Of a stretch of 64,000 bases of DNA, positions 1-10,265 are shown piece by piece (within the stretch, counting starts at the first letter, position 1; every line of letters begins with the position of its first letter). The position numbers and the translations under genes were made by a program. The notes under the pieces were generated by a model. That model did no database searches. It was not told the origin of the DNA and worked only from the letters and a program-made list of their open reading frames with translations. The DNA is taken from contig OZ361261.1 in assembly GCA_977018835.1 (NCBI GenBank), positions 1,922,001 to 1,986,000 on the forward strand, written 5' to 3'. Origin of the DNA: Minutocellus sp. GHC0000111. Its lineage: Eukaryota.

Positions 1-314
1 CTAGCTAGGCCTACGTAGAACACCATACAGCTAAGGTTGCTATATAGTTTTCACTTATAATAATGTTTTTGCTTTATGTGCATGTAACGACGACACACTC
101 TATTCTGCATGTGCACCTGTCATGCATACTGTATTGTTACCTTTTCATAACACTATTATTACGTCGTATTTCAAGTCATCAAAATTGTCTACACCACGCG
201 GCCTACCGGTATTTGCATATCATAATCTCGTGGGAGAAGAGTGACGTAATACTAGAGTAGGCAGATATAGGCACTTCTGCACTTCCACCGAAAGTCGGTC
301 GGTTGCTTGGCTGG

Positions 315-815
315 TTAATCATGAATTGGCACCTCGTAACAGTACTCGTCGTTCCCGAGGATGCTCTCCATGGTTACGGACTGTATGCCCTGACGCGGCC
401 TTCGTGAATCGTCCTCCGAAGATGGCTTCACCGCGGATGATCTTCGGTGCATAAGGTGACTGCTCATCCGCCTGGTCCTGTCTAGAAATTCAACGATGCA
501 TTCGTTGATGCTTTCAACGCCAGAGAGCGCCGAGGCGAGCGAATCCAAGCTGGTCCGGCGCCTTCGTCCGCTGCCTCGGCGACTTGAACGGCGAGGGCGG
601 GAGCTCGCCGGCTGCTGCTTTGGCGCGTTTGTGGCAATCGCCTTGGCAGACAATTTTTTGACCAGTAGGCCTACATTGTCATCGTGACCTCGTTTGTTGG
701 TGGTCGAATCCTTGTCGGCCACGACGCTGGCAGTTTCAGCCGAGTCATCGCACTTGACGGGGCTGCCTGAGGGCAAGTCGACGACCACTTCATCCACGGA
801 GTAACAAGTTCCCAT
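315..815 (-). CDS. Small hypothetical Ser/Arg-rich protein, possible N-myristoylation (MGTCYS...)
   Basis: Within ORF 315..944. The ATG at 815 gives MGxCxS, a myristoylation-like start. No recognisable domain. Confidence 0.45.
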   Translation of the reverse strand: MGTCYSVDEVVVDLPSGSPVKCDDSAETASVVADKDSTTNKRGHDDNVGLLVKKLSAKAIATNAPKQQPASSRPRRSSRRGSGRRRRTSLDSLASALSGVESINECIVEFLDRTRRMSSHLMHRRSSAVKPSSEDDSRRPRQGIQSVTMESILGNDEYCYEVPIHD

Positions 816-1366
816 GATGATGGTTACACACATCAGGACAAGGATGTGGATGGAATGGGAGAAGGTGCAACGCTTGATATTTTGGGTATCTCTTGTGTTT
901 TGGGAATTCCTATTGACTGAGCGAGAGGCTCGGCATGCGGACAAAGACTGCTCACTACTTTTGGCGTGTCAACTGCTACTTCCAAATACACAAGGCGACG
1001 CACATAATATGAAAAGTGACATGCATTGGGGGGAGTAGCCTTCGACGATTTCAGATGCCGAGTCCGAGTTCCGTATGTTATCGTAGTCGGATTTGTCGTC
1101 GGTCACGCGACGGCACGGTGTCCGAAGTCAATAGCAATCTGACTCTACTTACATGTCATGTACTTAGGCCTACACTTCGCAATAGTAGATCAAGTGCTGT
1201 GCGTGGCAACTTCAACGTGCAAAGTGATAAAATAAGTCAGAATAGAGGCTGAATTCGTGCTTGCCTTCAAGCTTCAACGTGGCCTGTAGTACCGTGAGTA
1301 TCTTTCTCGCGAAAGATACCATTGCCTTGGCCGGCGCTTCTGCATCGACACTCCCAGCAGCTGAAG

Positions 1367-1955
1367 ATGTCGTCCGAGGAAGTAACTCTCAAATGCAAAT
1401 GCGGCAAGATCGAGTGCAAGTTCGACGCACCGCCCCGGCTGGTCTTCAACTGCCACTGCCACTCCTGCGTCGGAGCGATGCGAACAATTGAGGGAAAGGA
1501 GGGCTTCGACGGCATCTCCGCCGCAGTGGAAGGAGGCGTCGGTGGTGCCATCTACAAATCCAACAACGTGTCGGTCGTCAAGGCATCCTCCGATGACATT
1601 GGCTTCGTGAAGGTCGGGGAGGCGGGCCAAATTTTTTAGGCCATACTGCTCTTCTTGCGGCACCATGGTGTTCAATGTCTTCCTGAAGAACTGGGTCGCT
1701 GCGAATCGCAATGCCATCACCAAGCGTGACGGTTCTGCCTTTGTGCCCGATGGCACCATCAAGAACATCAATTGCAAGTATGCCTTTGATCCCGAAGCCA
1801 CCCCCGAGCCCAAGCATGGCACTGTCCCCCTGAGCATGCTCATGAGGTTCATGCCTATTATCATGGGTTTCGGGTGCGATGGAAGCAATTCAACTGAGGC
1901 TCTCCTGCCGGAGGATATGGACAAGGTGGAGGTTGTCCCGATCACCTGGGAATGA
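1367..1955 (+). CDS. GFA/CENP-V (Mss4-like) Zn-binding protein; 1-nt frameshift at T-run ~1632-1637
   Basis: CKCG..NCHCHSC motif. Removing one T from 'attttttagg' gives GQIFRPYCSSCGTMV, restoring the third CxxCG motif and joining ORFs 1322..1639 and 1665..1955. Confidence 0.75.
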
Positions 1956-2220
1956 TCTGCCCAGAAAGACACTATTACACATGCACTATTACACATACGT
2001 CGTATATTGACATAATTAATATAAATAGAAGAATACATGTATCGACACCATGGAATTTGGCTTCTACTAGCTGGCTAGACTACATGTAGAAAGTCTATAT
2101 GAAGATATCGTACATGCACCGTAGGATAGGAGGGGACTCGCTATATCCTGTTGTTGTCCTCGTGTGCATTTCAAAATGTTAATTCGGTCACGAAGGTGAG
2201 AGCCCTGCACGTAAGATCGG

Positions 2221-2660
2221 CTAGTCGTTGCGGCTGACTGGGTAAGGTCCCACAATGCCTTTGCAGCTTTTATCGCCGTCCTCATTGATCTCTAGGAGTT
2301 TGTTTGCGTGTTGGGCAGACATATTCTCGTTGGGATGACGGTCGTCTCGGAACAGAGCCAAGGCGTCGGCCGAGTCACGTCCTTGCCACACAGCTCTGTC
2401 GAAGTCGTATAGGCATAGACTGCGGTCCGATGCGATGACGCGGATCTCATCATTGAGGCGCTTCATTGTCTCCATGTATTTAAGGTTAATGGAGGAGGGA
2501 GTGGTCTGCAGGTGAATCTGTGTGCTATTGCTCGTCCTGCACAGGAAAACATCATCCAAACGTCCTTCGATTCTCTCCCGGAAGGCAGAAGAAGATTCTT
2601 TTGTGTTCTCAACAAAGCCAGGGACAACATCCCAGCCTCTGGTACAAAAACCACGTGCAC
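2221..2660 (-). pseudogene. 5'-truncated SGNH-hydrolase-like fragment
   Basis: Open frame ...RGWDVVP...RLNDEIRVIASDRSLCLYDFDRAVW...FRDDRHPNE resembles the SGNH C-terminal half (DxxHP block). No start or N-terminal half is evident. Confidence 0.35.
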
Positions 2661-2953
2661 GGTTTTTCGTTGATTTCGAACGAAGCTCCTTGCAGTTTTT
2701 GCTCTTTCTTGCGCCGAGTCCTCCTAAGTTGTCAACTTACACCTGGTCAACCGGTGGTTCGGGGGCGGCCGACACAAGACGTGCGTCGTTTCATCCCATT
2801 GCCAGCCTGCATCGCCAACACTCAAAAAACATGAAACACAACTTGACTGCATGCTTTGTCCACGTTATTTTTTTCGAAGCAATGAGGCCCTTCTTTTCTT
2901 TCGAAACACGTGGCACAACGACGCCGCCTCCAAGTGAACGTAAGAGGCCTGGT

Positions 2954-3028
2954 GTAGGCCTACTAGGCCTACGTACCTACTAGGCTAGGTAGCTACGTAG
3001 TAGGCTAGTACATAGGCCTACTACGTAG
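2954..3028. repeat. Stacked TA-palindrome-TA tract (putative excision-footprint array)
   Basis: ta-ggcc-ta-c-ta-ggcc-ta-cg-ta-cc-ta-c-ta-ggc-ta-gg-ta-gc-ta-cg-ta-g-ta-ggc-ta-g-ta-ca-ta-ggcc-ta-c-ta-cg-ta. Confidence 0.7.
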
Positions 3029-3277
3029 CACGAGCTTCGTACATGAAATCCCGAAACAACGCAACGACGTGCGTACGACAGACGAAATCCACAAAACCAG
3101 ACGCCGAAAACAATTATTGTCCAATTAGTAAATCCAGTTGGCCAGAACTCTTTCGTCTCTTGCTTCCTGGAAATTCCAGGGAAGTTTTGCAGAATTTTAT
3201 GCATTGCCCGCAACCTCCAGTTGAACAACCACAAAAAGCAACAAGCGCCAAGCCAAGCGAAGAATACACACGTAGCA

Positions 3278-4282
3278 TGGTGGCAAGACGACCATCGACC
3301 ACCCAAGCCCGTCACACTTCCACCGTCCATTCCCTCATGCCCGGGCTGATCCGCACCCGCAACGCGCTGGCGACCCGCCGTCGAAGTTCCGGCAATAAGA
3401 ATCCTACCGGCTTCGGAGGCCGACCCGAACCTGCCTCCGACGATGCGGCCACCGACCCCCTCGACGGCAGCACGTCGGTCCACCGCCGGATGGACCTGCT
3501 GCTGGCCAAGTCGGCTTCCGTCGAGGAGCCGAAATCGGCACATGCCGCCGATGGCGACCTCCTCCGCGCATCGACGGCGAGCACGGCCGTCGACGACTCC
3601 CTCCGATCCTCGACCGGCGGCGAGTCCGCACTTTCATCAGTGGCAGAAAAGAAAGTTCCCGAAAAGGAGTCCCGAGTCCTCGTCAAGCATACGGGCGAAT
3701 CGGCCAGGCTGACCCCGGCACCGACTCCGGCGCCGGCACCAGCACCCAAACTGGAGACCTCGACTTCCTCCACCAGTTCTGTATGTAGTGCCGTCAGCCG
3801 CCGCCGCCGTCCGCTCAAGTCGGCCATGGCCCGCACATGCGCAGGTACAACCACCACCACCGCAACTGCCACCTCCACTCCCAAGCCACCCAAGAAGACC
3901 GTCCAATTCTCCCATCTCGAGATCCGGACCTACCCGGTAACCCTCGGGGACAATCCGTCGGTGTCGTCCGGACCCCCCCTCACCCTCGACTGGAACTACT
4001 AGGTACACCACCACCCACACCTTTGCCGTCGACACCTACGAGAGCCAGCGCCCCCCCGCTTCCCGCCGCAAGCTGTCCGAGATGGCTCTGCCGCAATCCC
4101 TCCGGATTGAGCTGCTGTGCGAGGATGCCCGCATTAGTCTGCGGACCATCGAGGCGCAGTGCCGGGAGGTGGAGCGGTGCAAGAAGCAGAGGAGGCGGAC
4201 CGTCGAGAGTTTGAACAGCGCGTGGCTGTGCCGCGCGGTCAAGAAGATGGCACCGGCGTGTCGATCAAGTCGTCGGGCGTAA
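3278..4282 (+). pseudogene. Diatom-type hypothetical protein (VQF..IRTY..TLGDNPSVSSGPPLTLDW motif), frame broken by a 7-nt TA-footprint-like insertion at 3997-4005
   Basis: The motif continues in another frame as YTTTHTFAVDTYESQRPP...LRIELL...ERCKKQRRRT after 'tac-tagg-tac'. Start codon uncertain. Confidence 0.6.
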
Positions 4283-4836
4283 GAGAGGGCGCATGCCCAT
4301 AGGGGAGAGCGAAGATGAGCGAGGACATCACCCTCGCCGCCTTCAACCTCCAACCCCCAACAGCTATTTTTGTTAGGTGACCCCGCCCACGTCCACACCG
4401 TCATGGTCACCAATTTTGATATCCCCCACCACTCCAACCCCAATTTTGAAGCGAGCTAATTTTTCACATCCGAGCCAGCTAGCCAAACCATTTTTTTTAC
4501 CGCACCGCATTCCCACAACACTTTCCACCCACCCCACCATGTTCATACGAAAACGAAAAAGGGAGACGCATATTATATAATAGATGTAACAATACACCAA
4601 CCTGTGATACTAGACTAAACAGTTTTGATTTTGACCCAACATTTGTATATAGATATATACATTATGTGTCCGCAGTAGAAAAGCGACCGAGCTCGAAAGA
4701 AGAAGGGGAGGGACGCAAAAGGGAATAATTAATGAAGGCGCGTGCGACGGCGGCGTTGGTTTGTGGACCTTGATCGGCCTTGAGCAGTTTCTCAACGGTA
4801 AAAAAACGCGTAAGGTAAATAAATTTAGTCTTACGA

Positions 4837-5873
4837 CTAATACCCAAAGTCCTTCAGTGCCTTTTTTAGCTCCTTTGCAGTAAAGTTTCCAAGGTAATAC
4901 TGATGGTAGAGACCGATGAGCATTTTATCATTGTTTTCCTTTGCTTTCTCGAATGACGAACACCTCTCGCGGTCCTCGCTATTTCTTTCGTCGTTCGCAT
5001 TTTTGTGCGCCCTCAAAATGCCCTCAAGATTATCCTTGCTCAGCTCTCCCTGGTAAAACAACTTCCAAAGATTTTTCATTGCTACCTGATGGCCGCCTTC
5101 TGCAGCAATCACCCAGTGTCGGATGGCTAGGTCTTCATTGTTACTCTTAAAGTCGACCACCCCGAAACAGAACCAAGCAGGAGTATTTCCCCCTTTACCG
5201 CCTTTATATAAAACTCACGAGCCTTGTCCAAATCTTGTATGACGCCCAACCCCCCAGACTCATAAACACGTCCAAGGAACGCCATGGCCTGGGCAGAACC
5301 CAATTCGGCGGCGCGGATATGGAGCTCCAGCGCCTTAGACTCGTCTTTGGGCAGACCATTGGTGCCATCCCGATAACTGTTTGCGATACTAAAATAGGCT
5401 TTGCAGTCGTCTTTCTCCGTTCTTAGAAGAAGTTGCTTTACATAGTCATCCTCATCACAATACGGCGTCCTACAAAAAGCACAGGACTCCTTCACCGGCG
5501 GCTCCTCCTTCTTCGCCCTCTTTGAGTTGATGATCCTCACAGCTCGACGACTCTCGTTAACACAGGCTCTGCAAATCAGCATCCCGCAGCAGGGATAGTA
5601 TATACTTTGATCGTTCGCTATAGGTAACGGAATCATGCACACTGGACAGTCCTCCGGGGGAGGGCCGGGCTTCCAAAGGTCGGGGTCGTTCGCCACAAGC
5701 ACATCGGCATTCGGTCGTGTCTCATTTTCCTTCTTATGCTCCCCTTCGGTTTCCCCGGATACACTCATCGAAGCCACCTCATCAGCCGCCGCAGCCAACG
5801 CCGAGGATTCTTCATCCGCCATTTTGGCGCCAGTGCCTGGCAAGGCAGCAGTATCCGTCGTTTCCTTCGTCAT
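4837..5873 (-). CDS. Sel1-repeat protein with N-terminal RING-like Zn finger; 1-nt frameshift in G-run ~5189-5193
   Basis: EDCPVC..YYPCCG..ICRAC..CAFCR followed by Sel1 repeats (GLPKDESKALELHIRAAELG). Adding one G joins to ...VKGGNTPAWFCFGVVDFK...HWVIAAEGG. Confidence 0.85.
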
Positions 5874-6027
5874 TATTGCTTCTCCACTTGACTTGCGGTC
5901 GGAAGAAATGAGATGAGACTTACTTGAGACTTGCCAAGATTATATGGGGGCATGTGGGATTTAGGGGATAAAATGGGGACGAAAACCATATCTTCAGGCA
6001 GATGGCTTTATTGCCGCAAGAGCAACG

Positions 6028-7158
6028 ATGCCCAAGGAACGAAAGGATACCGCGCCGACTGCCCAGGAGGAGGATGCGACAGAAGTGTCTCCACACGCTC
6101 ATGAGGGTGGTGGTGAGATTACGGCGGCGGCCGATCAGCTTGCGGCGGCGACTCTTGCCGATCATGATGAGGCCGGTTCAGGCATGTCGGAAACTCAACA
6201 AGAAGGAGTAGCAGAATTGCACGATTCTTTGTTGGACCCCGAGCTTTGGAAGCCTCATCCGCCGACGGAGGATTGTCCAGTGTGTTTGGTTCCGCTGCCT
6301 CTAGAAAATATGGAGACGGCGTACAACTCCTGTTGTGGCAAAACGGTATGTGTTGCGTGCAAGCACGAGAGCGTTCGAGCCCTGAGAATAACAAATAGAA
6401 AGAGGGAAAAGAAGGAGCTGCCTCCCCTAGACGCATCCTGTGCCTTCTGCAGAGAACCGGTATATAAAGATGATTTAGAATTGATCGAGCGGATGGAGAA
6501 GAGAGTTGCCAAGGGCGATGTCGAGGCCATTCTCTCGATGGCGCTCTGTTGCCAAGACGGGCTGAAAGGCTTTCCAAAAGATGAGGCGAAAGGCAAGGAG
6601 CTGCTCGAAAAGGCCGCTGATATGGGTTGCGCAAAAGCCGTGCATCAAATCGGCTACTCCTACATTAAGGGTACTCACGGTTTTCCAAGAGATGGGAAGA
6701 GAAGCATAGGGTATTTCGTGAATGGAGTGGAGATGGGCAACACTTCTTCTCGATGTGCCCTTGCTGCGATTTTGGCTGATAAAGGAAATTATTATCTTGC
6801 TAACAAACATTTACGTCTCGCAGCAGAGGCCGGGGACGAGAATGCAGTAAAACAACTCTGGCAACATTTCTCAGATGGGAAATTGAGCAAAAAGGATCTC
6901 GAAGAGATATTAAGAACTCACCAAGCGGCCTACAACGAAATGGATAGCGAGGATCGACAAAGATTTGATGCTCGTAACGAAGCTTTGACTGGAAATGATA
7001 AAATTTTGAAAGGTCTCTACGGAAGCTATTATTTTGGATACACCAATGCAGAACAGCTAAGGGGGGTATTGAAGATGCATCAAAAGGGGTGTGGGTTAGA
7101 AGAGATTCGGGAATTCCTCAGAAAATGTGGTGTCACTGATACAATTGTAAATAAATGA
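6028..7158 (+). CDS. Sel1-repeat protein with RING-like Zn finger (paralog of the divergent neighbour)
   Basis: Intact 376-aa ORF with DPELWKP..EDCPVC..CCGK..CAFCR and Sel1 repeats. Collinear similarity with 4837..5873. Confidence 0.88.
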   Translation: MPKERKDTAPTAQEEDATEVSPHAHEGGGEITAAADQLAAATLADHDEAGSGMSETQQEGVAELHDSLLDPELWKPHPPTEDCPVCLVPLPLENMETAYNSCCGKTVCVACKHESVRALRITNRKREKKELPPLDASCAFCREPVYKDDLELIERMEKRVAKGDVEAILSMALCCQDGLKGFPKDEAKGKELLEKAADMGCAKAVHQIGYSYIKGTHGFPRDGKRSIGYFVNGVEMGNTSSRCALAAILADKGNYYLANKHLRLAAEAGDENAVKQLWQHFSDGKLSKKDLEEILRTHQAAYNEMDSEDRQRFDARNEALTGNDKILKGLYGSYYFGYTNAEQLRGVLKMHQKGCGLEEIREFLRKCGVTDTIVNK

Positions 7159-7263
7159 TGCATAAACTTGGTCCATTCATGAAGAAAAACCAAATTGTTG
7201 GCGAGGCCTGGCTAGAAAGATAAAATCAGCTCTATATTACATTGCGGCCAATTTGTAAATAAC

Positions 7264-9845
7264 CTATGCCCCAGCCACTTGAGACTCGGCAGCCTTCTTT
7301 TCCTCAGCATACTTCTTCGCCTTGTTCTTGGCTTGAACGTGATGGTACAGATACACCAAGCTTTGCGGTGTGATACCACTGATTTGTGATGCATCGGCAA
7401 ATGTAGCAGGCCGGACAAGATTGAGCTTCTCCAGCTCCTCGCTGCTGAGCGTTGGTAGATTTTCGTGGCTGTACTGCATGTCCGGTGGTATCCGTGCTCC
7501 CTGGGCCTTCCTCCAACTGGCCATATCCTTGTTCTGCCGGCGGACGTAGGACTTGTACTTGACGGAGGCCTCAACGGTGTCGTAAATGGATGACGGCGAA
7601 GGTTCCATGACGGCAATCTCCTCGGCTTCCACCTCGGCATCACTGCTAGCCACCAGCTCTTCTGATGCCTTGCGCTTCTCCGTTTGAACATCGCGCATGA
7701 TGCCTTCGACAGATGAGAGGGTAACATGAGGCATTCCCAGAACCTCCTCTGCGGACTTCATGTCGTGTCGTCTCTCCGGCTTGTGTGCCGATGCAGCGCC
7801 CATCAGCTCGTTGCCGCCCCTCTCGGCCCAGTCGGTAACAAACAATCGAAACTTGCACAATTCACCAATGCGATCCTCAATCATACCCTCCCGGGCCTCC
7901 AATGCAGCGATGCGCTCCAAATCATTGACCAGTCCAGCATCCACGCCCTTTTGGGTCAGACGAAGATCGGCATTGTCGGCACGGAGACTGATGCGATACT
8001 CGGCTCGCGAGGTGAACATACGATACGGCTCGTTGGTACCACGTGTTACCAGATCATCAATGAGGACACCAATGTAAGCCTCATCTCTGCCAAGGACAAA
8101 CGGCGCGGCCGTCTCTCCATTCGCCGCAGCGGCAGCCGCCCGTCCAGCGTTGGCACCGGCAATGACACCCTGGGCGGCCGCCTCCTTGTATCCAGTAGTG
8201 CCGCAAATCTGTCCCGCCAAATATAGTCCGCCAATCGTCTTGGTCTCCAGACAATGTGTCAAACATTGGGGATTGATAAAGTCATACTCGACGTCGTAAC
8301 CCGGTCGGACAATCTCCACCTTCTCCAAACCGACCATGGTCCGCATAATCTTGAGCTGAATCTCTTCCGGATACGGTCCCGACATGCCATTGGGATAGAC
8401 AATGTTGGTGTTGAGACCCTCTGGTTCCAGGAACGAATTGTGTCCGGTTCGGTCGGGAAAACGCTCCACCTTTTTGTAGATGGAGGGACAATATCTGGGT
8501 CCGTTGCCCTTGCCATCGAGGCCATCGTATTCCGGCAGCATGTGGGCATAGTCCATGACCAACTTGTGAGTTTCCTCGTTGGTGCACGATTTGTAGCAGT
8601 TGATCAGCGTGTTGGCTTCAACTAATGGTGGCTGCTCCCCACGAAACTGCCGCAGATGCGAGAACGGCACGGCGGGATTCTCGCTGGGCTGGATGGCACA
8701 CGCGTCCCAATCGATGGTGGTGCCATCGAGCCGGGGTGGGGTGCCCGTCTTGAGTCTGCCGAGAGGAAACCCAAATCTGGCGAGCGTGTTGGCCAACCCC
8801 ACCGAGGGAGGCTCGACCTCCTCGGAATCGCGCAGATGACGTCCACCACTGTAGCGCTCCTTGCCGATCATGAGTACTCCGCGAAGGAACGTACCGGTGG
8901 TAATTACCACGGTCCGTGCCGATATCTCCTTCGTGGTCCCATCGGGCAAGGTAACTACCACACCCCGAATGCGTGCCCTGCGATGCTGCGCGTTGGCCGC
9001 GGCACTGGCCAGATCGGCCATCTTCTTTTCGGCATCGGAGGCGCTGTCAAATTCTGTGGTGGTGGTATCGACACTGAGTCCGGCCAAGGTTTCAATCCCC
9101 TCCCCTTCGTCCAGCAGCAGATCCTCCACGCTGGCCTCGACCGTGCTGAGGGTGTCGGCCGTGCCGCTCTCGTCGCTGCCATTCAAAATCAACTCCTGCA
9201 TGGCGCTCTTGTACAGATCCCGGTCCATCTGTCCCCGCGGTCCTCTCACGGCGGGTCCCTTCGTCTATTGAGCATGCGAAAGTGCACCCCCGCCCGATCG
9301 GCGGCTTCGCCGGCATCGACTTCTTTTACGAGGTGGCCCTTGCCGATCCCGCCGATGGAGGGGTTGCACGACAGCTCGCCGATGGTGTCGATCCGCTGGG
9401 TGACCAGGGCGGTCCGGGCGCCGGTCCGGGCGGCGGCCGTGGCGGCCTCGCAGCCCGCGTGTCCTCCCCCGACGACGATGACGTCGTAGTCGTATTCCGA
9501 GTCTGACGAGGTGGAGGTTGAGACGGCGTGGAGAGAGGTGGAAAATAGACGGTGGCTAGAAGCAGCGTTGAACAAACGCCGATTATTCGCGCATGCCTTT
9601 GCCTGAGTGGCCACCGGCCGAGCGAGGCGCATCATCGTCGTCATCGTCATGGCCGTCTGCAAGTTCTTCTGCGTCATTCCAATACTCGCAGCAGAGGAAT
9701 GCGACGACGGAACGACAAAGGCCTGTGCCGCGGGCAAAGATACGGCCGCCAAGAATACGAGTGCACGTGCCGTGGAGATCGACGAGGGGGCGGTTCCGTC
9801 TCTCCTGCTGCTGGTCCTGGTGGGCGCTCGACGACGGACCGTCAT
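7264..9845 (-). CDS. mnmG: tRNA U34 carboxymethylaminomethyl modification enzyme MnmG/GidA (MTO1 family), organelle-targeted; frameshift ~9260
   Basis: [70 protein letters not shown]. Adding one A restores [14 protein letters not shown]-terminal signal ending AQA-FVV. Confidence 0.93.
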
Positions 9846-10265
9846 GGTTGCGGTTGGACGCCGTTTCCTTTTGCTTGTGGTGGAGATGGTTGGTGCCGGT
9901 TTCTCTGCTAAATTTACATATGTACCGTACGTACGTCACTTTGTGCGTCAGAAAAACCCGGAGGAATGAAAAACCAGCGCATATTGGGACTCGCTCGACC
10001 CAATCGCTTACGTAAGTCGACCCTTCGCGCGCCGTGCAAGTTGAAGGAAGATCGATCGGCGGAAGGCGCCAAGCAACAGCAACTGGCGCCCCCCGCCCAT
10101 CACTCAAATTATTTGAACGGTATCGAGCAAGTTGACCGCCTGCTTGTGTTCCGCTACTCTGCCCTTTTTTGGTAAAAAGCAGCATATCGTTTCAAGTGAC
10201 GCGAATCAATTGTGCTCGTTTTAGATTTTAGATTTTGAAAAAAAAAAAGCAGCACAGAATACACC

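Noticed and set aside
2954..3028. Palindrome tracts as CRISPR arrays, restriction-site linkers or vector contamination
   Set aside because: There is no constant repeat with unique spacers. Units are always bounded by TA and dispersed through native intergenic DNA and an intron.
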